Shown here: positions 27,838-44,079 of the stretch, in pieces | Layout of the letters: every line of letters begins with the position of its first letter | Numbering within the stretch: the stretch's first letter is position 1 | Assembly (NCBI RefSeq): GCF_009914755.1 | Contig: NC_060938.1 | DNA from: the human T2T-CHM13v2.0 reference genome, Homo sapiens | Length of the DNA: 64,000 bases | Strand: one strand, 5' to 3' | Program-made: the position numbers and the translations under genes | The notes under the pieces: model-generated | The model's input: the letters and a program-made list of their open reading frames with translations, nothing else | What the model was told of the DNA's origin: nothing | Databases searched by the model: none

Positions 27838-28337
27838 TCTAGTAGGCCGAATAGTGCCCCACATCCCCTCAAGATGTTCACATCCTAATCCCCAGGACCC
27901 ATGAATATGTTAGGTTACATGACAATGGGTAATTAAACTTGCTAATCAACTGGCCTTTAAATAGGGAAAGCATGCTGGGTTGTCCAGGTGGGACCAATAT
28001 AATTACGAGTCTATGCAAGTGGAAGAGGGAAGCAGACGAAGAGGTCAGAGTAATGTGATATAAGAAGAACTCCACTAGCTGTTGCTGCTGGGTTTGAACA
28101 TAGAGAAAGGGACCATGAGCCAAGGAATTTGAGCCACTTGTAGAGGCAGGAAAAGATAAGAAAATGGATTCTCTTTTAGTGCTTCTGGAATGGAATGCCG
28201 CCCTCCTCACACCTTGCTCTTAGCCTGGTGAGACCCATTTTGGACTTCTGACCTACAGAACTGTAAGATAATAAATGTGTACTCTTTTAAGCTACTAAGT
28301 TTGTGATAATTTGCTACAGCAGCAATAGAAAACATAC
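27838..28337 (+). mobile_element. MLT1D LTR within L2
   Basis: ggacttctgacctacagaactgtaagataataaat...acagcagcaatagaaaac. Confidence 0.9.
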
Positions 28338-29025
28338 TTGTCTTCCTACCTCTGGAGTGCCCCATTCCAATGCACATGCAGATCTCATATTACTTTCTTG
28401 TCTTTAAGGCTTTCAGTGGCTCCCCTACCTCCACACTGTCTATGCAGCACCTCAACTTTGTAAATAGGAGGAAATTAGTAAATAATGAATAAATGAAAAC
28501 AGCCCATTTTGCAGCACATTAGTCCAAGTCAGGATTCTTTCTTAGAGGAGATAGATTAAAAGTCAATTGGTTATATTTTGCATATACTTTTCTAGGGACA
28601 GGATGGAGCCAACATATATTCTTTCTCTTATTTTCTTTTTTTTAAAAATATTCGCTTGTTTTTTAAATTATGTGATAGCATTTTATTGTAGCCAAATTGA
28701 TAAATGAAAAAAAGTCCACAACGAAGACACTCAGAGATGATTATTTTTATTATTTTGATGTATAGCTTTCTAGTTATTCATATGCCTACATCTGTATTTT
28801 ATGTTTTAAAATCCATTCTTCATTTTGTATAGTAGTACAAAAGTTTTTCTACAGCCCTTTTAATGGCTGCATGAAATGCCTTTGTGTGACTGTACTAAAA
28901 CTTAGTGCCTGTCTCATATTGAACTTTTAGGTTGTTTCCATTTTTTCCCTATTGTGAACAGCCCTGCAATTAATATCTTTGCTGTATCCGTGTGTACATC
29001 TAGGATCATTTCCTTAGAATAAATT

Positions 29026-29121
29026 TTTTTTTAAATTATACTTTAAGTTTTAGGGTACATGTGCACAATGTACATGTTTGTTACATATGTATACATGTGC
29101 CACGTTGGTGTGCTGCACCCA
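29026..29121 (-). mobile_element. Young L1PA terminal ~95 bp inside an old L1M fragment (~28640-29250)
   Basis: ttatactttaagttttagggtacatgtgcaca; 12-bp TSD ttagaataaatt. Confidence 0.92.
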
Positions 29122-29439
29122 TTAGAATAAATTCTTTAAGTGTCATAACTGGGTCAAAGGCTCTGGAATGTTAATGGTATTTGATATGTATTAGAAAACT
29201 GCCCTGAAGGAGAATTGTACCAGTTTGCAGTACCACCAACAGTGTCCTTTTCTTAAGTTGACCTTCCTGCTCTTGGATCTTTTGAATTAATGGGAAGACT
29301 AGAGAGCTTGACATCAAAGGTGACCAGAGGACAATTTTACTTTGGAACTGGACACTGCTTTAACCAGTTGAACACACACTGGGCACTGTGGCCACCAGCC
29401 AGCACACCCAGCTCCTTCATAACCGAGATACCCTCTTAC

Positions 29440-29583
29440 CATCCCTCCAGAGGACTGGTACCATTGCTCCTCAGAAAAGTCTCAGGGTTGGCCTCGCCTT
29501 TCTGACTACACCAAATGCTGGAAACCAAGGGTGGACCCATGGCCCCCTTCAGTGTTTACAGGCTTCTGATTTCTGATAGGAGT
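29440..29583 (-). pseudogene. Fossil symmetric phase-1 exon (144 nt), separated from its acceptor by THE1D
   Basis: Removing the LTR and one TSD gives caagtctcctttcag|ACTCCTAT...GGATG|gtaaga; 144 nt, 2 stops. Confidence 0.7.
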
Positions 29584-29584
29584 C

Positions 29585-29956
29585 TGTGTTAGTCTGTTTT
29601 CACACTGCTATAAAGAACTGCCTGAGACTGAGTAGTTTATAAAGAAAAGAGGTTTAATTTCCCACAGTTCCACATGGCTGGGGAGGCCTCAGGAAACTTA
29701 CAATCGTGGTGGAAGGGGAAGCAGGCACATCTTACATGGCAGCAGGTGAGAGAGAGCGTGTGAAGGAGGAACTATTAAACCTTATAAAACCATCAGATCT
29801 CGTGAGAATTCACTCACTATCATGAGAACAACATGGGGGAAACCACCTCCATGATCAAATCACTTCCTACCGGTTCCTTCCGTCAACACATGGGGGATTA
29901 TGGAGATTACAATTAGAGATGAGATTTGGGTGGGGACACAGAGCCAAACCATATCA
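29585..29956 (-). mobile_element. THE1D-like solo LTR
   Basis: TG...CA ends, perfect 5-bp TSD gagtc. Confidence 0.95.
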
Positions 29957-30179
29957 GAGTCTGAAAGGAGACTTGACATGGGGCACACAGATAGATCTTC
30001 TCTCTCCCTTACACCCCTTCCCCATCTTTGCTTCAGAACTTATCTGCTCATGAGATTAAGCTACTCATGCCTCATGTATGTAGGTGCTGCATTTTATATG
30101 GCAGGGAGTGAGTCCCATAAATGCCTGTTGAATGGACCAGCCTGACATCTCTGCTCACTCAAAATTAAGAGTAAAAATC

Positions 30180-30616
30180 AACTGCCCAGTCCAGTATAGT
30201 TGTGACATGGTCATAGTTAGCTTTGGCTGTTTTTGTAAACACTGATCAGCTATATACAAAAGCATTAATAAGATATCAGGTGTATTGTTAGCTACATTCT
30301 CTTTTTTGGTGGAATATCTTTGACAGGTGAGTTTGGGAAAGCCAGTCTAGTTGCCATGGAAACGCAAAAGCTTTCAGGCACTTGTTTGTTTGTTATATTC
30401 TTTTGTCGGTTTATGGAGTGTTCCGTGGAGCCCCTTGAAAGAAGATGTGCCACTTAGTGCTGACAGTTAAATCACCATGCTGCCTGTCAGAGATGAGAGC
30501 CGGGAGGAGGGGAAGAGACAGACACAAAGCTCCTTTCCCATTGTCTGTTTTCACAAAGATTCTGGCTATAGAAAGAAGGTATCTGAATCTGAAGCAAGAG
30601 GTCTCACTTAGTGTCC
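30180..30616 (-). pseudogene. Fossil exon, 3' end uncertain
   Basis: Acceptor ctgattttattttgtaattttag|GG; phase-1 frame open for about 68 codons; later SRGSTEHSINRQKNITNKQVPESFCVSMATRLAFPNSPVKDIPPK. Confidence 0.6.
30350..30363. promoter_or_regulatory. RFX X-box-like palindrome GTTGCCATGGAAAC
   Basis: Matches GTTNCC-AT-GGNAAC; forkhead-like TGTTTGTTTG about 20 bp downstream; motif match only. Confidence 0.35.
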
Positions 30617-31177
30617 CTAAAATTACAAAATAAAATCAGTGAAAGTTGGAATAATCAAACCTGACTCTTTCACCCTGTTTTCCCAGCCTCTACCCTATAC
30701 TCATCCCTGAATGTAGGACTGTATAGTACAGTTATGTGATTTTTCTCTCAAAAGTCCAAGGGTGAAGAGCTGTTCTAATCAATCCATGGACTCTGAAACA
30801 AAAGAGATGCCAGGAGAAACAAAACAAAACTGTCCTTTTCAGAGTTGAGCTGTTCTGGTCACCATTTACCTCCTCTTGCCCTAGTCTCTGGGAGAGTGTG
30901 CACTCACAATGTGACCCCTTCCCAGCTAAAGGGCTAGTTGTGTGCAGAGGCCAGCACTGTTCCTGTTAGTATGATGGCTCAGGGTAGATAGTGAGGGTTA
31001 GGTTATCAGACACAGTGGAGTACTGCCTAGCTGGCAAAGCGTTTGGACATTTACAAAATAAGCTATTTTCTATTTAAGAAAAAAACAGTCTATACTAGAA
31101 GAATAGAAAATAAGGAGGATATTTAAAAATACTTATATTCTATTTCCCTAGTCTCCAAATTAGCATTTTAATACAAA

Positions 31178-31312
31178 TTGTGTGTATGTGTATATATACA
31201 TATATATACACACGTACACATGCATATTTGTGTGTATATATGAGAGTGTGTGTATATATGTATGTATACAAGTACATAGTCATATATATATATGCACACA
31301 TACATTCATGTA
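31178..31312. repeat. (TA/CA/TG)n low-complexity tract
   Basis: Alternating purine-pyrimidine run. Confidence 0.9.
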
Positions 31313-31619
31313 TTACTATTGTTTTTGTGGAAATAAAGATTTTGCTGCATATACTTTTTCTGTATAAACTTTTCATTCAACCAGCTTATGAGATATTTCT
31401 ATGCTTATAACATTCATGATTGTATAAACTTATTTTGTTTGCTTTTTAAATCACATAGATATACTATCATTTGATTCAACCTTTCTTTCATTTTGACATT
31501 TAGTTGATTTCTGTTTTTCTATTTCTTCAAATCATTCTCTGCTTACATTTTTTTGTACCTATATGTAAATGGCTTAAAAAGTACATGGCAAGTCAACAAG
31601 TCCCCATTAAATGTTAATC

Positions 31620-31839
31620 ATCTCAAGTTTCTTTTTTTGTTGTTAAAGTGGTGATTCAGCCTGAGAAAACCTCTGTATGACAAAAAATGTAGAATGCTTT
31701 ATGAATGTGTAAATCCTAAACTGACATGTAATACCGGAATTGAGGCACTGTTATGCAAAGGAAACTCTGGGAAGAAATGATGTGGTTTGGGACTACACTT
31801 GTGGGTAGCACGTGCTTAGATGTATTATTATAGCCAGTG
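31620..31839 (-). pseudogene. Fossil exon candidate
   Basis: Acceptor gtcatctccttatag|; TGYNNTSKHVLPTSVVPNHIISSQSFLCITVPQF. Confidence 0.4.
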
Positions 31840-31904
31840 CTATAAGGAGATGACTAAGTTATTTCACCACATTGAGATTTTATTGTGGTGACCCAAAAGC
31901 GTTG

Positions 31905-32075
31905 GATGCAGCATAGTGGGCAGAGATTGGTCTGGACTGAGGCAAGCTCCATTCTAGTTCTGCCTCTCACTAGCTTGTGGAACCTGGGACAAATCCTGTT
32001 TCCTTACCTGCAAAGTGATAGAATTGTTCTAGTTGACCTCTGAGGTTCCTTTCAGATCTAAAATCCCATTATTTG
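31905..32075 (+). mobile_element. MIR/MIR3
   Basis: ctgcctctcactagc...tttccttacctgcaaagtg...tctgaggttcctttcag. Confidence 0.7.
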
Positions 32076-32242
32076 AAGATGACTCTTCTCTGTTTAATTC
32101 ATTTGTAACCCATAGTGAAAACAAAGTGGACTTGCAATACACTTCCCAGAGTTTAAAACTTTGTGGCTTGGGTACATTATGGCAATTTTATTATCGTGAA
32201 CTCAGTACAGTTTTGCGAAAGAGTATTTTCATTCCTTCTTCC

Positions 32243-32373
32243 TTTTTATTTTCAAAATTTATTTATTGCATAAATTTAAGGTGTGCAACATGATATTTTG
32301 ATATGTATGGGAAAATGATTACCACAGGCAAGCAAATTAATATATCCATCACCTTCTACAGTTATTTCTTTTT
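32243..32373 (-). mobile_element. L1MA 3' terminal fragment
   Basis: atttaaggtgtgcaacatgatattttgat...aagcaaattaatatatccatcacc. Confidence 0.8.
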
Positions 32374-32899
32374 GCCCATTCCTTTTTCCCCTCTAATTTT
32401 ACTTGGGGGCGGCACTACTTTCCATTGCAGGCAGTTTGGGTGGGGCTGTCAATCAGATGGCCTTGCTCCTCCAGCCAAGAGGTCAGCATGACCTTTCAAT
32501 AGGGGAACTCAAGGCCCTGCGGTGATTGAAGCTGATTCACGCCGACAGTGGCTCCCATTAATTTCTCCTACGCAGATGCCCACACTGTCCTCATTCTGGC
32601 CCTTTTCATGTCTTATTTGTTCCCTTTTCTTTCTATCTGGTGGTCTTTGCATATTTTTTCATTATAGTTTGGTTGCATTTTTTAGCCAGAGTCATTCTGC
32701 TGCCTGCAGAAGAAAAGTCCTAAGCCTTGGTCGCTGGTACTGGCCTAGCCTGGCTCTTCACCTAACTGGGGCTTTGTAACCAATGGGCACCTTGGTCATT
32801 CTCTAAGCCTGTGTGTCCTGATCTATACCAGTGAGGGTAAGAAAACCGATCTAGTTGTTGGGGTGGTGAAACGGACCAAGCACAGAGTCGACACGTGGC

Positions 32900-35033
32900 A
32901 GTTTCCCTTCAACCTAGAGTTTCTCTGGGAAAGTGTTTGGCCTGTGAATTTAGGACCTTCACCTGGATGTGTCCCATGTGGGCTCTAAGTCGGTAGAGTT
33001 AGAAGGATGTTTCTGGTAGTAATTATGGTTAGTTTGTTCTTGATCTTGCTTTGCATCGTGGTAAGCACATAGTAGGTTCTTTTGAATGTATTTTAGAAAT
33101 CATTAAATAAGAACATATGAAAACATTTTGTTATGTGTTTTAATAGTACATTTTTTCATAATCATCAATGTTTTAATACATTGAGTAAAGGGCGCAAGTA
33201 TTCTGACCCTTCAGCCAGGGTTTGTAAATGTTTTAGCTCTGAGAAACTTGTGTCTAACTATATTGCTTTAATGGAATTTCAGTTGTATAGCACTGCTTTA
33301 ATTATTGGAATCTTCTTTAGAAAAAAAACCTCTGAGATTTGAGATAAGTTTACGTATTATTATATGAATCACAATTTGCTTTAAGAGCTTATCTAAATCC
33401 CATCTGTTTGATTGGAAAAAGGAACTCGGAATGAATCCATCTGATTTTCAGTTTTCTTCCTTGGAGAGAATCGTGATTGAGAGTCAGAGTGGGGTTATGC
33501 GCTGCCTCTTTTTGATGGTTTCTAGAGGAAGTTTTAGGGTTTCCATAGCAATGCATGAGGAGTCATCATTTTCTGCCATGATTTCCCAGCAAAGAAAAAA
33601 GTACTGATAACTATGGTTTAGTAGAAATGAAAAAGTTGATACTAGATCATTTTAAATTTGTTCCGGCTGCTGGGGGATAGATAGGGCAGAGCATCATTCT
33701 ATCAGCTGGAAGTGACTGACTCCCAGTGCCACAAGGCGGCTAATGAGTTCACTAATCATCAGTGGTAACGTCACAGAAATACATTTCTTATTTTGATTAG
33801 GCATAACACAGGGAAGAGGTCCTGCCATAATTGTCCCGAGATTCCATAGAGAATTTGCATTTTAGAATGTAATGATGTTGCTGCACCTCCTCTATCACTT
33901 TTTCTCTCTTCATTTTCCACATCCCCCGGACTTTCTCTCTGCTCCCTGTGCCACCTGTCTGTCCCCTCCTCCGTTCTATGTCTGCCTCTATAGCCATGTT
34001 CCTTTACATGATTGCCTTAGCTCTTTGACGCTCCCAGAGAGAGGGTCACAAGCCCAGGTACCATCCTCGGCAACTTTTCATCACCCTCAGGCTGCTGGGC
34101 CTGGCATGTTCCCTTCCTTGAACAATTCAACCTGTTTTCAGGTTTTCTAAAAATGGCAGCATTTATACCTGATGTCACAAGGGGTACCCGTGCATCCTTG
34201 TTTTGTGAAATCTGAACAAATTGTTCTCATTGGTGAATTTACAAGGACTAAAAATCCTCATCAGCTGTCCAGCATAACCATGAACTTGTCTTACAGACAG
34301 CAAAAGCCAGCAAAAAAGACTGTGCCAGGAACGGTGCTATCACTTGCTTCAGTGGAAGCTGGGCTGGCTGGAGCAGGGATTTCCCCGTGGATGGTGATGT
34401 CTCTGTGATTCTATTTCTAAGAGCTTCAAAGTTTACATTTGCTTTAAACTGATTTTGCTTTGAAGCAGTAGTTCATCATGATTTTTAAAGTTGGTTATCA
34501 TTTGTAATTGCTGGAGCAAGGCCAGTGTTAATGGCAACCATGCCTTGCAGTTTGAAATGTTTTCTCTCCTTGTTTAACAGAGTTAATTGGTTTAGTGAGT
34601 TCTTGAAAAGAAAAGGCGATCCTTTGCCCTGGGGGAAGACTAACTTCCTTACTTTGCCAATTATGAGGGGAAGTCCTTTGAAAGTAAGGTACATAGGAGC
34701 TGTAAGACTTACTTAGCTTTTAGATTTTATTTATCAGTTTCCAACTCCGACCTGTGCTCAATCTCCACTGCTCCTCTGCCTTTTTGGTTAAAATTACTGA
34801 AGCGTTTGCTGACAAAGTCTCTAATGATCTCAGGACCAGTCAGGGTAATTTCTTGATGTACAGCCACTGTGGATGGGCAGGAAGCCCCACTTGCCTTTCC
34901 ATGGAGATCTGGAGAGTGTTGGGACAATTTTCAATAAGAGATTATTGTTGTTTCAGTGGCAGAAATGGAAGTCAGCTTTAGGCACCAGGCTTCCCAGATA
35001 TGATGTGGCATTTGGCTTTGTTGGGTTAGAGAA
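32900..35033 (-). pseudogene. Fossil large exon (~2 kb; may be more than one exon)
   Basis: Strong acceptor tttccatccttcctctttcctctag| at 35033; SQHSPDLHGKASGASCPSTVAVHQEITLTGPEIIRDFVSK, HGEIPAPASPASTEASDSTVPG, EQRESPGDVENEERKSDRGG, LDTSFSELKHLQTLAEGSEYLRP. Confidence 0.7.
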
Positions 35034-35296
35034 CTAGAGGAAAGAGGAAGGATGGAAACTTGTCCCTAACTTGGCAGTGGGAAACCCCAGGGACTCCCAT
35101 GTTTATGGTCAGGCTTATAATTGATCCATGTGTCTATGTGTCAATCACACATATTGACAGAATACCCGCTTGTACAAGTATAAGGGTCAAAATGGCATAT
35201 GAGTGTCCTGCCTTTGAGGAGTTTACAGTCCATTGAGGAATACCCATTTTAACTTTCATCTGAGGCCTCTTCTGTTGCCCCAACCTCCTACCCCGC

Positions 35297-35298
<2 letters not shown>

Positions 35299-35346
<48 letters not shown>
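35299..35346. repeat. (CA)24 microsatellite
   Basis: Direct reading. Confidence 0.98.
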
Positions 35347-35350
<4 letters not shown>

Positions 35351-35499
35351 GTTTCAGACAGGAAACTTGGAGGGATGAGACCACATATCTAGACTATAAG
35401 TTTAATTTTTCAATTAATTACCGAAGGATAAAGAACTTTTTAAGAAATGAGATACGCAAACAGGGTGGGGATTGCTACAGGCTCTGCTTTCACACGTTT

Positions 35500-36110
35500 T
35501 CCTCCTTATCTGCTTCCCTGGTGTTTATTGAATGATACTGTACCCAAAACCCTGTGATAGACACTGTATGAGCTGGGTGGGGAGGATACAAGGAATATTA
35601 GACGTGGGCCTTCAAGGGCTTCACAAAGTAGAAAACAGCTGCCCAGCTTGCCAGATACGAGATGTTTGCCAGGTAAGTAGTGTGGGAGTGCCATACAGTT
35701 CACCTTCAGGGTTGGCTGGGTGGGAGGGGACTTGACTAGGAAGGCATTCTTGGGGAGGGGATTGGATTAAAGGTCCAGAGGCCTAGAAATGAATAAATAA
35801 TGCTCTCTCCAGGGCAATGCGCTGAGGTTGTTAACTCTGTGGAACTACAAGGCTTCCTTTGGGGGCACAGTGGGATAAACCTGGAGTTGACCTTAAGAGA
35901 CAAGCAAAAGGATTTAAGGGGTATCCTTAAGAGACAAGCAAAGGAATTTGGGCTTTATATTGTAGCTAATGAGAAACCATTAACACCAGCTAAGGGGGAC
36001 TGACATGGTTAAAAAACAGGTGAAGATGAATTTTGTTTGATGCTAAGAAGGATGAATTTAGGGGACAGAGGGAGTGTGGAAACAGACTCTAAAGGGATTT
36101 TGTGGTAATT
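35500..36110 (-). mobile_element. L2 fragments
   Basis: gtttattgaatg; aaggaatttgggctttat. Confidence 0.6.
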
Positions 36111-36114
36111 CCTA

Positions 36115-36489
<375 letters not shown>

Positions 36490-36661
36490 CTATAGAAGTC
36501 TGGAGGACCTTTAATTATTCTCTCCTCCTGTTCCTGATGGATGCATAATCCCCCCAAAGCACTAACTGGCAGTCTGTTTTAGGGCCAGGAAGCACATGGT
36601 TGTTCAGTGAGACAGCTAGCAAATAATCCTCCTGTGCACACCTACAGTTTACGAAAGACAC

Positions 36662-37049
36662 TGTATTAGTCCACTAGTGCTGCTTTCACAAATGCCACCA
36701 ACTGCAAAGCTTCAACAGCAGAGATCTATTTTCTCACAGTCCTGGAGGACAGAAGTCTGAGATCAAGGTGTCCGCATGATTGGATCCATTCTGAGGCTTC
36801 TTTGCTTGGGCTCTACATGGCCATCTCCTTCTGTCTTCATACGATCTTTCCTTCACGTGTGTACATGCCTGTGGCCAGATTTCCTCTTTTTATGAGGATG
36901 CCAGTCGTGTTGGATCTGGGCCCACTTTTAAGCCCTCATTTTATCTTCTCTCTAAAGACCTTATCTCCAAATACAGTGACCTTCTGAGGTACTAGGGGTT
37001 AGGATTTCAATCTGTGAATTTTATGGGAGACACAGTTCAGTCCATCACA
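36662..37049 (-). mobile_element. MLT1A/B LTR
   Basis: tgtattagtcc...atctccaaatacagtgaccttctgaggtactaggggttagga...tccatcaca. Confidence 0.88.
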
Positions 37050-37323
37050 GTGTCTAAGGGGGAAGAAAAAGGACGAATGGAAGGACAGAGGCCAAGCACC
37101 TCCCCTGACCTCTCATCCCAGGCCCTCACTGTACACCTGAGTCCTATCTATGGTGATAAAATGGGTCACCTCCACAGAGAAAGTTCCCTGAGCCAGCTTC
37201 CTGTCATTCTTTTCTAGGAGAATTTAGGCTGATGTCATCTGGGGGCTTTTCAACTCCCAATCTTAGAATTAGCAGCCTTTCTCCTTTTTTTTCAAAAAAA
37301 CTCTGGCAATGCTCGTTTCTTAC

Positions 37324-37683
37324 CATATTTATTGCAGTCAACTGTTTATGTGCATGATAATTTTTATAATGATGTGAGGAAATCTCTGAAGATGAACAGA
37401 ATATACAGAATAAACAGATGCATTAAGTTGCAACTACATAGTTTTCATTATTGTCCTTTTCACGGGGTTAGCACATATTTTTGAATTCTTTAACCTCAGC
37501 TTTTGAGGTGACATTCCTTTTATTTCTATTTTTTTTTTTCTGTTTCCATCTACTGGCTTAGGCTGATGCTTAAAGGTCCTCATGTTATTGCTTCCAAATT
37601 CTTGTTCCTCTCTCTTGATTTGAGACTAAATGGCTCTCCTCACGGCCACTGAATCCCTATTGACAGTGTCTGTTGCATTCTAG
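37324..37683 (-). pseudogene. Fossil exon, or continuation of the previous exon beyond the MIR
   Basis: NATDTVNRDSVAVRRAI*SQIKREEQEFGSNNMRTFKHQPKPVDGNRKK; donor ATG|gtaaga at 37324. Confidence 0.6.
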
Positions 37684-37729
37684 CTTCAAATAAACAACAA
37701 CAAAAAAATCCCCTAAAAACCTATGATAA

Positions 37730-37970
37730 GGCAGAATAGCAGAGTGATTAAAATAGGGTCTTGAGCCAGACTGCCAGGGTAAAATTCTGGCTCTGACACA
37801 GCATTCTGCAACTTTGGATAAGTTATTCTCTAAGCCTCAGTATATTTCTCATCTGTTAAGTGATAATAATAATAATTTCAATGTCTTAGGACCCCTGTCA
37901 GATTTAAATGAGCATAAAGTGCCTGGCACATAGTAAATGCCATGTAAGTATAAAGTATAATAATTATTAT
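37730..37970 (+). mobile_element. MIR
   Basis: gagccagactgcc...tctaagcctcagt...gtgcctggcacatagtaa. Confidence 0.85.
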
Positions 37971-39240
37971 TCTGCTTGTCTTTGTTCTGAGTAGCTTCCC
38001 TGGAGATTCAGATCTTGCTTGGCCCCTTCTCCATTTCCCTCCCTCTCAGGTTTTCCTTTTGTCACCCACATAGTGGTGGGGCAGGCTTCCCTGGAATGCT
38101 CTTCAGACCGGCTGTTCCTAGATCAGACTGAGAACCGGAATGGTTGACAAGGTCTGTATGTTTTGCTTGCCTGGGGGCAGATCTGCTTGAATAATCACAG
38201 ATAGGCTTTGCCTTCCCTTCCAGACTCCACTGAAATGAAAGGCTTCCTGGGCCTTAGGGGAGACTGTGACATTTGCCCCTTTCCCGTGCAGAAGGACCAC
38301 TTATTTGGAAGCAAGAGTTACAATCTAAGGGAAAGTTTGGACGGGCATGTTACAATGGGGAGGGGTAGTGCTCCTTTTGTTATGTTAGCTTGGGATCTAT
38401 AGACAAACACATGCCTATCAGTGTTGAAGGTGAGGTTCTCTGGCTCAGTAGGGTTAATTGCACAAACGCCAGCCTCTTTCCCTGTGCCAGTGGCCTGCCT
38501 TGGGTCAGCCGCTGCCAGGACTTTACCAGTCACTAGCTATCCCTTAGTGATGCCTCGTTAAATGCTTCATCATCCAAGGACTCCAAGGACTCAGATTCAC
38601 AGCTCTACCATTCAGGCTTCAGCTCATATATAAACCAGTAATAATTCAGATCTACAACAGTATCCTCACTCTTTGGGCTATTCTTTGCCTTGGGGAAGGG
38701 TGACAGTTTCAGTTGTTTTTTTCTAAATCTTCATTCGTAGCCCTCTCATTCTTCCCTGAAATCTGGGACTCTTCTTGCAATCCGTAGTGACTTTTGTGAG
38801 ACATTCTTGCTACTTTTCCCTCTTTCCAGCACAATCCTGTCCTCCATGAGATAAAGCCTTCTGCTCAATACCTCTCATTCTATCTTCCCTTGCCCCAGCC
38901 TGCGGCATCAAAGTCCACTCATTTTTTCCCCTTATCTAGTCAAGTGGAATCTCTCTTTTCTTCTTAGCTCTGCAGCTCCCTTTAGTACTTCCTCCACAGT
39001 CCCCATCCCTTTCCCAAATGGACAAACCCCATCGCTATGACCATAGGTGCAAAGGTGCCCCTTCCCACTACAAGTTCTCAATGAAGTGGGGGGCAGGGTC
39101 TCAATTTTCAGTTTGTGAACAATTGAAAGGATTTGTCTTAAATACAAGTCAATAAGCTTTTTGGAAAGTATCTGGAGCCAGATGAAATCCATCCAAAGGT
39201 AGAAGACATTTTTTGCCTTTGCCTGGCAAGGCTTCTTTGG
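37970..39240 (-). pseudogene. Fossil large exon with mutated acceptor
   Basis: T-tract ending ttatatatGG|CC (AG replaced by GG), phase 1: AKEALPGKGKKCLLPLDGFHLAPDTFQKAY; SPKSEDTVVDLNYYWFIYELKPEW*SCESESLESLDDEAFNEASL; LAAADPRQATGTGKEAGVCAINPTEPENLTF; KHTDLVNHSGSQSDLGTAGLKSIPGKPAPP. Confidence 0.75.
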
Positions 39241-40156
39241 CCATATATAAAAAAATATTACTCATCAGTCAAACAAATGTATTTATGAATATGAAAGATG
39301 TTCAGAAATTGGCAGAATATACTGCTTTTCTGCAACTCAACAATGAATATTATATAATTTACAAGTTTCAGATGTTGGTCTTATTTTTATTTTAGATAAG
39401 GCATTGCTTACAGATGTAGATAATGGGATGTTTTTACATCAAGTTGTTGGAGTGATTCTTGCTAAGTCGCTTGGCCTCCTTTAAAATCATTTCTTATTTT
39501 ATAATAGTTGATCCTTATAGTCCCTTTTTCAAGTCTTGTTTTGTGTGGAATAAATTTCCCACACATAGAACCTTCCTTGAGAATACTTATTAAGCTTCTT
39601 GAAGTTAGAAATCAAGTTCCAGTCATGAATGGATGCTCAGCAAGCAGTTAAATTATTGATGGAGTGGTGTCAGGCTAGTTTACCATGTTGGAGAAGAGGC
39701 TCTATTCAATCTTCACTCTCTTTAGTAAAAATACCAGTTCTGTTATCAAAGTGACACTCCACTAGGTTTAAATAATGAAAGTTTAGCTTGGAGAGATGTC
39801 AGATAAGCTGAGAAATATATTTCTTCTTCTGTTTTTCGACTCACAGTGGGATTCTGAAACAGAATTTCAGCAGGAATTTAGATGACTGTGATCCTGTCAA
39901 TGATATGTACTGAGTATTTTTGGTTTTGAATTGATATTTTAGTGAGTGCTTTCCTAGACTAAAGATGGGGGTGGAAAGGAGAAAAACAGGCAAGAATGTC
40001 TTGAAATGTTTAAATTCATTCTGTAAAGTTTCAGTTTTATTTGTTTGTGTTCTAGGGTATTCTGGCCCTAAATTTTTTTCTTGGGTATTTCCATCTAATA
40101 GTTTTCCATCCTTAGGTTTCTATCAAATATAAATCAGTTGAAAAACAACATTCTCA

Positions 40157-43502
<3,346 letters not shown>

Positions 43503-43850
43503 GGATGAAATGATGTATTTTGCAGCAACATGGATGGAACTGAAACCATTATCTTCAAGGAAATAACACAGAAACAGAAAGTCAAATACTGCATGTTCTC
43601 ACTTATAAGTGGGAGCTAAACAATAAGTACACATGGATATGCGTGGAATATCCACTCATGGATAGAGTGGAATAATAGATGTTGGAGACTCCAAAAGGTG
43701 GGACGGTAGGAGGGGGGTGAGGGCTGAATAATGACCTATTGGATACAATTTTCACTATTCAGGTGATATCTAAAAGGCCAGAATTCATGACACAATATAT
43801 GCATCTAAAAAACCTGCACTTGTACCCCTAAAATATATTTTAAAAAAGAA
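43503..43850 (+). mobile_element. L1PB4-like 3' end directly after the L1PA tail
   Basis: ggagactccaaaaggtggga...ctgcacttgtaccccta; shares an outer TSD with the L1PA. Confidence 0.85.
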
Positions 43851-44079
43851 AACATTCTCAGGTACTGTTTTCTGTTAATGGGTCCCACATATTACTCCTC
43901 AGACATCCTACAGAGCTGATGGAAATGGCAATTTTGCATTGGAAAGTTAGAGAAATGGGCACTGAATAATACTCTTTCAGAGGCTTTCTGTTCTCTTTTT
44001 CAAAGCCCAAAACTGTTTAGGACTAGGTCCTATTCTGTGGGGCAGAGGAGGGCAACTAGTAAAATTGGGAGTTGCAACC

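Noticed and set aside
39953-39990. Strong-looking minus-strand acceptor defining a 270-nt exon
   Set aside because: The same frame is open for more than 50 codons upstream of it and links across the L1 TSD to the acceptor at 44034, so it is more likely internal. Not fully excluded.
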